A stretch of 31,159 nucleotides of DNA from a virus (Duplodnaviria; Caudoviricetes), in the IMG/VR virus record IMGVR_UViG_3300020571_000015, positions 1 to 31,159 of that record. One strand, 5' to 3'. The notes under the pieces were generated by a model. That model had not been told where the DNA came from. It saw nothing but the letters and a program-made list of their open reading frames with translations, and did no database searches. Positions 15,409-22,650 of this stretch are shown here, piece after piece. Positions within the stretch are counted from its first letter, which is position 1; the number at the start of each line of letters is the position of its first letter. A program made the translations under genes and the position numbers.

Positions 15409-16479
15409 TCAGTCTTGCGTGTTGTTGGCAGTCCTGTCCGTGTTCTTGACGATTAGCTTCAACTGAAGCGTCTGCTCAATTGCATTCCTGATTGCAGTGT
15501 CTTGAGACGATTGAAAGCCAGTGAATCCACCAATGCGAGCAAGAGAGTCTTGAGGTCCGCCCATTGAAAACTTCATGCCAGCTACCCGTTCAAATTGAGC
15601 AGTTCCAATAGGAGGAGGCGTGTTTTGATCGCCAACCTTCCCCTGTTTTTCTTCTGCAATTCTCTGCTGCACTATTCTGGACAACGCTTCATCTGGCATC
15701 CTCTTAATCAATTGAATCGTGTGAGCCTTTCGCATAGTACGATCAAACTTTTCAAGAAAGCTCTCAGTCGGCTTTGAAACACTGTTAATAGCGTTTGCAG
15801 TTGCGGTAATTCCTGCCGCAATTGTCGGTGCTGCTATTCCTTTGATGATCCGAAATTGCTCTTCTAACAAAGTGTTTGCTTTGGCTAGAACATCAATGTC
15901 CGTTTTTGAAATCAAAAGACGATTTGACGTTGTGTTATAATCAGCCAGAGCAGCAGCAGCGGTTTTGAGCTTTAGACCGTAAACGTCAATCATTGCCGCC
16001 GTTGTTTCGGCGGACCTTCCAGAGTTTTTGTAGGCTTCAGCGGCTTTGACTGCCCCGTCAATCGTTGATAGTTGCGGGTCGCGCAACTGTTCCATTGTCA
16101 AACCAAGAGCTTTGAGCGTTTGAATTGCGTCATCATCTCCAGAAGTGGCTTTTAATCTGGCTTGCTCAAACTTACCTAGAACTGAACCAAACTTTTCAAA
16201 AGTTACACCAGTTTCCCCAGCTAGTATTTGAAGCCTCTGAACTTGATCTGTGGTTAGATTAAGCTGTTCCGATAAATCAGATATGCGGTCTGCTGTTTCA
16301 ATTATGTTCTTTGTGAAAGCAGTAACAGCAGCAACCGACAAAGCCGCGCCAAGCTTGCTGGTGACCGCAGACTTGAAGCTTGATCCAAACTTTTCACCAA
16401 CGCTCTGAGCGCGTTTCACGCCCATCTCAAACGCTGTGGAATCAAGACCAAGCTTAACAAGTAGAGAAAGCACACCCAT
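15409..16479 (-). CDS. Tail tape measure protein (short)
   Basis: N-terminal LLVKLGLDSTAF, ADRISDLSEQLNLTTDQVQRL, helical Ala-rich composition; follows the tail tube and chaperone genes. Confidence 0.75.
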   Translation of the reverse strand: MGVLSLLVKLGLDSTAFEMGVKRAQSVGEKFGSSFKSAVTSKLGAALSVAAVTAFTKNIIETADRISDLSEQLNLTTDQVQRLQILAGETGVTFEKFGSVLGKFEQARLKATSGDDDAIQTLKALGLTMEQLRDPQLSTIDGAVKAAEAYKNSGRSAETTAAMIDVYGLKLKTAAAALADYNTTSNRLLISKTDIDVLAKANTLLEEQFRIIKGIAAPTIAAGITATANAINSVSKPTESFLEKFDRTMRKAHTIQLIKRMPDEALSRIVQQRIAEEKQGKVGDQNTPPPIGTAQFERVAGMKFSMGGPQDSLARIGGFTGFQSSQDTAIRNAIEQTLQLKLIVKNTDRTANNTQD

Positions 16480-16480
16480 A

Positions 16481-17032
16481 TCAGTTCGCTTGTTGATTCT
16501 GCCAAATGGCTTCGCTCTGGTCGTCCCACAACTGAACCTGCCCCATCATCTCTGCGTGCGCTAGAATGAGCCTTTCTGCGTCACCAAGAGGCATCTGGAT
16601 TGCATCGTCAGGAGCAATCCCAATGTTGAGGCATCCAACAAGAACCCGTTCGGGCCACGGCATCGCGGGAGTCTTTGGCTTGCTTCCGCTTTCCATCAGC
16701 ACTTCTGGGGCGGTTGATTGCTCTTTGAGCCACAACTGAAACTTGTCGGATTCAACGACCAAATTCATCCGCTCAATCCGCTTTCCCCACAACCACAGAA
16801 TGAGGTCACGCCAGATTGATTTGATGGACCTGATGGATTCAAGCGGAGACTGTGAGCAAACAAGCACAGCCTCCGCTAAATCGCTCGGTGTAATCTCTCC
16901 ACCTAAAACGTAGGGAGAGCGCAAACGCTGCAAGACAATCGCGTGTCCTACGGTGTAGGGAACAAGTCGAACCCCAAGCACAACAGGTGCTTGAGGTCCG
17001 GTCTCTGCGAGTATCTTTGCAAGATCTGCCAC
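16481..17032 (-). CDS. Putative tail assembly chaperone
   Basis: Lies between the major tail protein and tape measure; C-terminal IAPDDAIQMPL resembles gpGT-type tails. Confidence 0.5.
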   Translation of the reverse strand: MADLAKILAETGPQAPVVLGVRLVPYTVGHAIVLQRLRSPYVLGGEITPSDLAEAVLVCSQSPLESIRSIKSIWRDLILWLWGKRIERMNLVVESDKFQLWLKEQSTAPEVLMESGSKPKTPAMPWPERVLVGCLNIGIAPDDAIQMPLGDAERLILAHAEMMGQVQLWDDQSEAIWQNQQAN

Positions 17033-17035
17033 AGA

Positions 17036-17503
17036 TTACAGAGTGAAGACAGTGGCAGTACCAGCAAGAGACGGATACTTGGTCACAGTGATGGTAACCA
17101 TAGCTTTTCCGCTGCTTGTGAATTTGACGCTTCCACCACCGGAATAAACGTAATCACCATCAATGGAAACACCACCAACGGTCACGCCATCGCTTCCAGC
17201 AATAGCTGCATACCCATTCACTTTGGGGAGGCTCGCAGCCAACTTAGCTTGGGCAAAAGTGGAGGCGCTCGGGATAAAGGTGATGTTAAGTGAAATGCGC
17301 TCGTTAGCCGAGACTTGAGCCACGACCTCGCCATCAGAGTTTTTGATCTGCTCGACATCGGCTTCATGCGAAGCGTCGTAGCTCTCAATCGTCGTGATGG
17401 TTCCGGTGGTGATTTCGGTAAGAGCGTTTGCGACCCCAACCGTGTACAGCTTGATGGTTCCTTTTGCGCCGTATACTAGCGCAAGACCTTTTGAAAGTGC
17501 CAT
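17036..17503 (-). CDS. Putative major tail (tube) protein
   Basis: 155 aa, beta-rich T/G/S/V composition, canonical position. Confidence 0.6.
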   Translation of the reverse strand: MALSKGLALVYGAKGTIKLYTVGVANALTEITTGTITTIESYDASHEADVEQIKNSDGEVVAQVSANERISLNITFIPSASTFAQAKLAASLPKVNGYAAIAGSDGVTVGGVSIDGDYVYSGGGSVKFTSSGKAMVTITVTKYPSLAGTATVFTL

Positions 17504-17515
17504 GTTGTTAGTGTG

Positions 17516-17998
17516 TTATGAGTTTGCTGCTGCAAAGATTGTCATTGAACGCGAGAAAGTTCTAGCCCTTTCGCTAGTGTCATTGATGCCGAAGTCAGTT
17601 GGTGTTGCGAAATACGCAACAAACCCTCCAGACTCGTTGTATTCTCCAGCGTTTAATTCTGAAATGTTGTCGTCAACGAAGAGCGGTTGCAGGATGTCTT
17701 CAAACGCTGCAACGGTCGCAAGAACGTTGTACTCGGGAGTATCGTCAGCGGAAAGCTGAAGCGTAGCGGTTACGTCAACTTCACAAGTCCGGTCAATAGG
17801 ATGAACCGGAACCGCAGTCGATGAGCGAACAACGATGCGCGGAAAGTCTGGCATCCGGTCTTCTAAGTCTGGATCTGTAAACGCACCGTGTCCGTAGCTG
17901 GTGAGACAAGCAGGAGTCCCAAGCGGAGACGCAGACCAATCTTGAGCGGCAAGCCAATCGACTAAAGCGCGTTCGGTTCTGAGAGCAACGGCATTCAT
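17516..17998 (-). CDS. Putative tail terminator protein
   Basis: 160-aa acidic protein with FPRIVV motif, just upstream of the tail tube gene. Confidence 0.5.
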   Translation of the reverse strand: MNAVALRTERALVDWLAAQDWSASPLGTPACLTSYGHGAFTDPDLEDRMPDFPRIVVRSSTAVPVHPIDRTCEVDVTATLQLSADDTPEYNVLATVAAFEDILQPLFVDDNISELNAGEYNESGGFVAYFATPTDFGINDTSERARTFSRSMTIFAAANS

Positions 17999-18777
17999 TG
18001 GACAACAATACCTTTCGATTCAGAACCATCAAAAGCCGATTGAAACGCAGCGGTAATGTGATCCTCAAGCTCTTTGGCTTCGTCGTTGTAAGCTTGCTGC
18101 ATCGCTTTTGAGTAGATTGCCTCAACTTTTCCAATCTGGTTGTCAGCAAGACCGATGTTCAAGCGAACATGACTAGACGGAGAAAAACCAGCCTTTGCAT
18201 TGTATGCATACGCTGAAGACCCGCGATGCATTGAAACGTTCTCTTGTGGCAACCCGTATTGGTTCGCAAGATTGATGAGAGCTTGATTTCCAGCAACGAT
18301 CCGCACTTGAGCAGAACCCTTCTTTGCTCGTCGAGTTCCACCGAATTGTTGAAACGACGGAGACAGCTTCTTGATTGCTTTGGTTACAGCAGACTTGAGG
18401 TAACCAACTGAACCAGCAGCGCGACGACGGAGTTTTCCAGCAGCGTCACGCATATCTTGACCGTAGAGTCCGGGTTTTCCCGCTTTAGCGTTCTTCGCTT
18501 GAGCGATCAAGTGGACCAAGCGCAATTCACGCGAACGACCGAGAAATTTACCGGTCTTCTTGTCAATCCTTCTCGCTCCAATCGGACGATTGAAGTAGTC
18601 GAGAATCTTGTTTCGAGCCGCTTGTGGGGACTTTGGCGGAAGCAGAATGTACAACCGCAGCATCAAGAAAAACGTGCGGGAGTTAACAGCATCAGCCAAA
18701 GACCGCCGAGTCTTGGGTAAATACTCCTTCCAAGCAGCGTCAAAGCGGGACGTATCGACTGTGACGGTTGGATTCAT
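17995..18777 (-). CDS. Putative neck/tail completion protein
   Basis: Very basic 260-aa ORF between the head-closure and terminator genes. Confidence 0.5.
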   Translation of the reverse strand: MNPTVTVDTSRFDAAWKEYLPKTRRSLADAVNSRTFFLMLRLYILLPPKSPQAARNKILDYFNRPIGARRIDKKTGKFLGRSRELRLVHLIAQAKNAKAGKPGLYGQDMRDAAGKLRRRAAGSVGYLKSAVTKAIKKLSPSFQQFGGTRRAKKGSAQVRIVAGNQALINLANQYGLPQENVSMHRGSSAYAYNAKAGFSPSSHVRLNIGLADNQIGKVEAIYSKAMQQAYNDEAKELEDHITAAFQSAFDGSESKGIVVQ

Positions 18778-19229
18778 TTGGTCTTAGCTCCAAGCTCAAG
18801 AGCGTAGTAAGCACCAGAGCCATCACGCTTTGCAGACATGATCCGCATCTGTCTTCCATCGTAGGTCACAAGACGACCCACAACCGGAATCATTTTTCCG
18901 AAAGTCAGGAGTAAGCGGTCAGTGTTTTCTTGCAGCAGCAAGCTTCCAGACTCTTGCAAGAGACGGTCAGCGGTGAAACCAACGTCACAAGACCAGACCG
19001 AAGCGTCAACGGTTACAAGAGTCGAGTCAGCCAATCTCCAATCAGAGAACTTAACCAAGATCCGCGCTTGGACGTTATCTTGGAAACCACCGGCAATAAC
19101 CGAGTTTGCGTCAGTGATCGCAGCGGGAAGACAGCGCACCAGCACTCCTTGCCAAAGAAACGACGGGTTTCCCATCGCGCTCTGTAGCACAGACATCCCC
19201 AACTGGAGACTGGTTGCAATCAGGTTCAC
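18774..19229 (-). CDS. Putative head-closure (FII-like) protein with LLxExG insertion
   Basis: GGF..., PVVGRLVTYDGRQMRIMS...YALEL C-terminal pattern; insertion DRLLQESGSLLLQENTDRLLL. Confidence 0.5.
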   Translation of the reverse strand: MNLIATSLQLGMSVLQSAMGNPSFLWQGVLVRCLPAAITDANSVIAGGFQDNVQARILVKFSDWRLADSTLVTVDASVWSCDVGFTADRLLQESGSLLLQENTDRLLLTFGKMIPVVGRLVTYDGRQMRIMSAKRDGSGAYYALELGAKTK

Positions 19230-19726
19230 GCTTTAAAGTAGACACCGGAGACGAGAATGCGGGAAGTAGCTTGGAGATGACCGGCCAAACTGGAGATATC
19301 GCCATTTTCATAATGGCTCAACTCGCAGTAAGAAGTGCCTCCGACAATCTTACCAATGACAGAAGTCTTCGCTTGATTCGTTGCATTGTCCAACCAGATG
19401 GACACAGCCGCATCGTAAGTAACGGGATCTGGAAGACCCAACCGCAGGTTTCCGGTCGCAGAACCGCTCACTGAGTTGATGGTCAGATCAACTGTAAAGG
19501 TGGAGACAAAGCCAATCGAAGTGTGGCGAGCGGTGTTGACCGTAAAAGCAAACGTGCGACCACCACCGGAATCAATCAACGTAGGAACCCACGTTGACGG
19601 AGCGGTCAGTGGGAGCGCGGCATAGATCTCATCGAAGTTCGCGTTAGCTTTGATCCACGACCCGCGGAGCGTATCTCCGTTGTTGTCGTTTGCGGTTGAT
19701 CCGACGTTGATGACTTGTTGCGACAT
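19226..19726 (-). CDS. Virion fibre/baseplate-like protein
   Basis: N-terminal QVINVGSTANDNNGDTLRGSWIKANANFDEIY resembles the T4 gp9/gp10-type attachment motif; beta-rich C-terminus. Confidence 0.65.
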   Translation of the reverse strand: MSQQVINVGSTANDNNGDTLRGSWIKANANFDEIYAALPLTAPSTWVPTLIDSGGGRTFAFTVNTARHTSIGFVSTFTVDLTINSVSGSATGNLRLGLPDPVTYDAAVSIWLDNATNQAKTSVIGKIVGGTSYCELSHYENGDISSLAGHLQATSRILVSGVYFKA

Positions 19727-19727
19727 A

Positions 19728-19958
19728 CTATTCCTTCGGCAATGCGTACCAACCTTCTGACAGCGTTATACGGTTCTTGGAGCGAACAGAAACACCGTCC
19801 GCACCTTTGACCCAAACTCGCGCTTTGACGGTCTCAGCGAGCCTTACCGGCTCACCGTGGGGGACGTAAACGACGCGAGTCCCGCAGCCACAGCTACCCA
19901 CCAGCACGGTCAATGCGATCCAGAAGCTTTTGCTTAAGCTCTTTGTCTGGTTTTGCAT
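19728..19958 (-). CDS. Putative lipoprotein, o-spanin (Rz1)-like
   Basis: Basic N-terminus, hydrophobic FWIALTVLVG, then SCGCG lipobox-like cysteines. Confidence 0.55.
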   Translation of the reverse strand: MQNQTKSLSKSFWIALTVLVGSCGCGTRVVYVPHGEPVRLAETVKARVWVKGADGVSVRSKNRITLSEGWYALPKE

Positions 19959-20037
19959 CTTCGGCGGTGGGTTCAGTTTTAGCCAGACCAGTGAACCACT
20001 TTAAGAGAGCGGTGACGATCTGCTCAATGACGTTCAT
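19894..20037 (-). CDS. 47-aa membrane-anchored peptide, possible i-spanin (not in ORF track)
   Basis: MNVIEQIVTALLKWFTGLAKTEPTAEDAKPDKELKQKLLDRIDRAGG; ATGA coupling; overlaps the lipoprotein gene by 65 nt. Confidence 0.5.
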   Translation of the reverse strand: MNVIEQIVTALLKWFTGLAKTEPTAEDAKPDKELKQKLLDRIDRAGG

Positions 20038-20216
20038 TCAGCCTTCTTTTTGTCCGCATCCTTTGCGGCAATAAGACCAAATCCAACGGTCACAGCGGCA
20101 ATGGTCGCAGCAAGATCAATGTTGGTCGTAGGGTCTCCGTCGAACAGAGCTTTGATAGCTCCACCAACGGCAACCATGATTGCACCAACTCCAGCGAGAG
20201 TCGTTTTCCAGTTCAT
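20034..20216 (-). CDS. Putative holin (2 TM helices)
   Basis: MNWKTTLAGVGAIMVAVGG...IAAVTVGFGLIAAKDADKKK; ATG at 20216 coupled to the upstream stop. Confidence 0.65.
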   Translation of the reverse strand: MNWKTTLAGVGAIMVAVGGAIKALFDGDPTTNIDLAATIAAVTVGFGLIAAKDADKKKAE

Positions 20217-20383
20217 TTCTTTAGAGCTTTCCAGAGTCCAATTGCAGCAGCGATAAAAGCCAACACAGCGGCTCCGAGTTGGAACCACTGTGTCAGTTGC
20301 GGGATGAATGAAACCGCACCAGCAGCGGCAGCAGTTGCTAGAGATACTCCAACTCCATTGCTGCTGTTGGTATCGGTTTGCAT
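20213..20383 (-). CDS. 56-aa membrane protein, holin/antiholin-like (not in ORF track)
   Basis: MQTDTNSSNGVGVSLATAAAAGAVSFIPQLTQWFQLGAAVLAFIAAAIGLWKALKK. Confidence 0.65.
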   Translation of the reverse strand: MQTDTNSSNGVGVSLATAAAAGAVSFIPQLTQWFQLGAAVLAFIAAAIGLWKALKK

Positions 20384-20535
20384 TACTCGGATTTAGGTTG
20401 AGCAGCGTTGACGATTAGGTCAACAAGCGGCAGAGCAACTTTTGCGTTCTGAATGCCACCAGCTTTCACCGCAATGTCGATGAGTTGCAGCAAACCGTTG
20501 GCTTGTTCTTGAGTCAGCTTGACGATGATTTCCAT
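20383..20535 (-). CDS. 50-aa hypothetical protein, possible fibre chaperone
   Basis: MEIIVKLTQEQANGLLQLIDIAVKAGG...; start at 20535 right after the upstream stop. Confidence 0.65.
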   Translation of the reverse strand: MEIIVKLTQEQANGLLQLIDIAVKAGGIQNAKVALPLVDLIVNAAQPKSE

Positions 20536-20536
20536 A

Positions 20537-20941
20537 TTAGGCGACCGGAGCTTCAACGACAGCAGCCTCCTCCGCAACCAAAACCGGCTCCACCTGCGGC
20601 AGCATCGGAGGAACGATTTCAACCGGCGGTAACCACGGCAGCGGCGGAGCGATGACCGGCGGGTTGATCTGGTTCTCGATCTGCGCGGTGACGTTCGCTT
20701 CGATGGCGGTCTTATCGACTCCGTTGCTGAAGCACCAGTTCAAGACCTGTTCCTGCGTCAGATCCTCGTAAGGCGTGAACTCACCAGACGGCGGCTGGAA
20801 CGAGCAGGAGCCGTAGCAAGTGCCGCTGAACGATTCCTGAGTGCCGTTGCAACGCCAGTCGGCGGTGATGACGACATCGGTGTGAGTGCCTTCGACTTTG
20901 CGGACGAGAAGGCGTTCGATGATCCAAGAGATGGTAATCAT
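20537..20941 (-). CDS. Fibre-associated hypothetical protein
   Basis: W..ERL...DVVITADWRC...YGSCSF...FTPYEDLTQEQVLNW...LPW pattern typical of genes following fibre genes. Confidence 0.65.
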   Translation of the reverse strand: MITISWIIERLLVRKVEGTHTDVVITADWRCNGTQESFSGTCYGSCSFQPPSGEFTPYEDLTQEQVLNWCFSNGVDKTAIEANVTAQIENQINPPVIAPPLPWLPPVEIVPPMLPQVEPVLVAEEAAVVEAPVA

Positions 20942-20953
20942 GGTGGTAGTAGA

Positions 20954-21907
20954 TTAGTTGGCAGCAACCCAAGAACCGCCGCTGTAGAAGTACAGCTTGT
21001 TGTTTGTGGTATCGACAACCAAAGGAACTCTACCAGTCTGAGAGGTAGGAGTTCCGGTAGGAGTACCAGCGCAACCGGGAATGTAGAGGAAACCGTCAGT
21101 CGCGGTAGTCGCAACCGCAGCAGCACCAAGCACCAAACTACCAGCGGCATTGAGCGTCATCGCTTGGGTGAAGGTGATGGCGTTCGGAGAAGTGCCAACG
21201 GGAGCATTGAACCATCGGAACGAGCCATCGCGTTGCTGGAAACGAGTGGCGTTATTAGATGAAGCGGAAAGGTACTGGTAAGTATCTGAACCAGTGCGAA
21301 TGCTGTTACTCGTTAAATCAACAGCACCAAGACTGCTGTTTGTGTACAAACCAGCAAAAACGCCCACCTGAAGATTGCCTCCAGTGTTCCAAGCGGTGGA
21401 CGGCGTAACGCCCACGCCCAGCCCCGTAGCGTTGAGGGTCATGGCGAGTCCAGTGCTAACTCCAAAAACGAGCGCACCATTGCTCGCAATACCGAAATCG
21501 GTTCTGCTGATTCCAGATATTAAAGCTATGCCAGATCCAATGTAGCCAGTTTCAGCGGTTCCATCAGTGAATCGCGCAATGACTGACGATCCAGTAGATT
21601 TGAACTGAGATGTGCTAGCAGACGCACCGCCGTTGATTTCCAGCGGATAGGCTGCGCTCGTGCCATTAATCCCAACACCTGTACTTGCGACTGTCAGCTT
21701 ATTCGTCCGCACCGTCAGATCGCCGGTGATGGTGGCGCTGGCGAGGGTGGCGGATGGCGAACAAGCGAGGATGTTGTTGATGCTGATTCGCTTGGTCGTA
21801 CCGGATGCCGCCATCGAATTGTCAGAGACATCGACGATCGGAACCATGTCGTTTGCGGGATCGGCCGCCGTTAGGGCCGCTAAGGCTGTAATCTTGGAGT
21901 CTGCCAT
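20954..21907 (-). CDS. Fibre protein (tail or head fibre)
   Basis: MADSKITAL...IVDVSD...TTKRI N-terminal anchor; G/S/T-rich repeats with AMTLNATGLGVG and FTQAMTLNAAGSL. Confidence 0.75.
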   Translation of the reverse strand: MADSKITALAALTAADPANDMVPIVDVSDNSMAASGTTKRISINNILACSPSATLASATITGDLTVRTNKLTVASTGVGINGTSAAYPLEINGGASASTSQFKSTGSSVIARFTDGTAETGYIGSGIALISGISRTDFGIASNGALVFGVSTGLAMTLNATGLGVGVTPSTAWNTGGNLQVGVFAGLYTNSSLGAVDLTSNSIRTGSDTYQYLSASSNNATRFQQRDGSFRWFNAPVGTSPNAITFTQAMTLNAAGSLVLGAAAVATTATDGFLYIPGCAGTPTGTPTSQTGRVPLVVDTTNNKLYFYSGGSWVAAN

Positions 21908-21909
21908 AA

Positions 21910-22140
21910 TCAGTTAGCTTGGATTGCGATTTTAAAGAGGTCTTCCTGTTGGAGGAAACCAGCGTCTTCTCTCAACAGAAATTCAAAAGTACCGTATGTG
22001 ATGACGAGTTTGGATGTTCCGTCTTCTTGCCACAGGAACCCCTCGTCTTCACGGAGAACATCACGGCGTAGCAACGGCGCGTCAGTGCCACCGGCTTGAC
22101 CGGCGAACAAACGATTGAGTGCTATGCCGAGTGAAATCAT
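21910..22140 (-). CDS. Small virion protein with two LxEDxGFLxQED repeats
   Basis: VLREDEGFLWQED and LLREDAGFLQQED. Confidence 0.65.
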   Translation of the reverse strand: MISLGIALNRLFAGQAGGTDAPLLRRDVLREDEGFLWQEDGTSKLVITYGTFEFLLREDAGFLQQEDLFKIAIQAN

Positions 22141-22400
22141 TAGGCGCGAGCGTTAAACGCCACCACACTACCGGAGGAGATCTGGAAGCCGGTGATGTTG
22201 CCAACCAGCGGGAAGCCAGCGGGAATGGTCTTGGATGTCCAAGTTCCGCTGATCTGGAATCCGGTAATGGAAGTAAAAACGGTTGGCTCGGTTGGAATCA
22301 AGCCAGACCAGTTGCCGGTCTGAGCGGCTGTGCTAGTGACGAGTTGGAAGCCTTCTCGGCCCATGCTGTACTCGGTTGAAATGTCTGCTTGAACGGCCAT
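22140..22400 (-). CDS. Small beta-rich virion (decoration-like) protein
   Basis: 86 aa; internal repeat ITGFQISG / ITGFQISS; lies after the capsid gene. Confidence 0.65.
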   Translation of the reverse strand: MAVQADISTEYSMGREGFQLVTSTAAQTGNWSGLIPTEPTVFTSITGFQISGTWTSKTIPAGFPLVGNITGFQISSGSVVAFNARA

Positions 22401-22417
22401 TTTGTTTGATCGGTAGA

Positions 22418-22451
22418 GGGGAGGTCACCGGAACTTTCCAGCAACCTCCCC
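22418..22451 (-). terminator. Strong hairpin after the capsid operon (terminator or mRNA stabiliser)
   Basis: GGGGAGGUUGCUGGAA-AG-UUCCGGUGACCUCCCC; G-U pairs make it specific to the minus strand; no clear U tract. Confidence 0.5.
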
Positions 22452-22462
22452 AATTTTAACGG

Positions 22463-22639
22463 TTAACCTTTACGGACTTTCGGTGCTAAGGCTCCCTGTA
22501 TCCACAGGATAAGCTTGCCTCCCTCTGGAACTGAAACAGTGTTGAAATTGTCGCGTTGGAGACTCGCGTCAATATCGGGACCAGAAACGATCTTACTCTT
22601 GCCGTTCTTGTCCACTGCTACGGTGGTGGCGATACGCAT
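22463..22639 (-). CDS. 58-aa hypothetical protein (not in ORF track)
   Basis: MRIATTVAVDKNGKSKIVSGPDIDASLQRDNFNTVSVPEGGKLILWIQGALAPKVRKG fills the gap after the capsid gene. Confidence 0.65.
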   Translation of the reverse strand: MRIATTVAVDKNGKSKIVSGPDIDASLQRDNFNTVSVPEGGKLILWIQGALAPKVRKG

Positions 22640-22650
22640 ATCCGTTTGGA

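Noticed and set aside
10925-21907. Diversity-generating retroelement targeting fibre or tail genes
   Set aside because: There is no reverse transcriptase ORF, and I saw no adenine-variable template/variable repeat pair.
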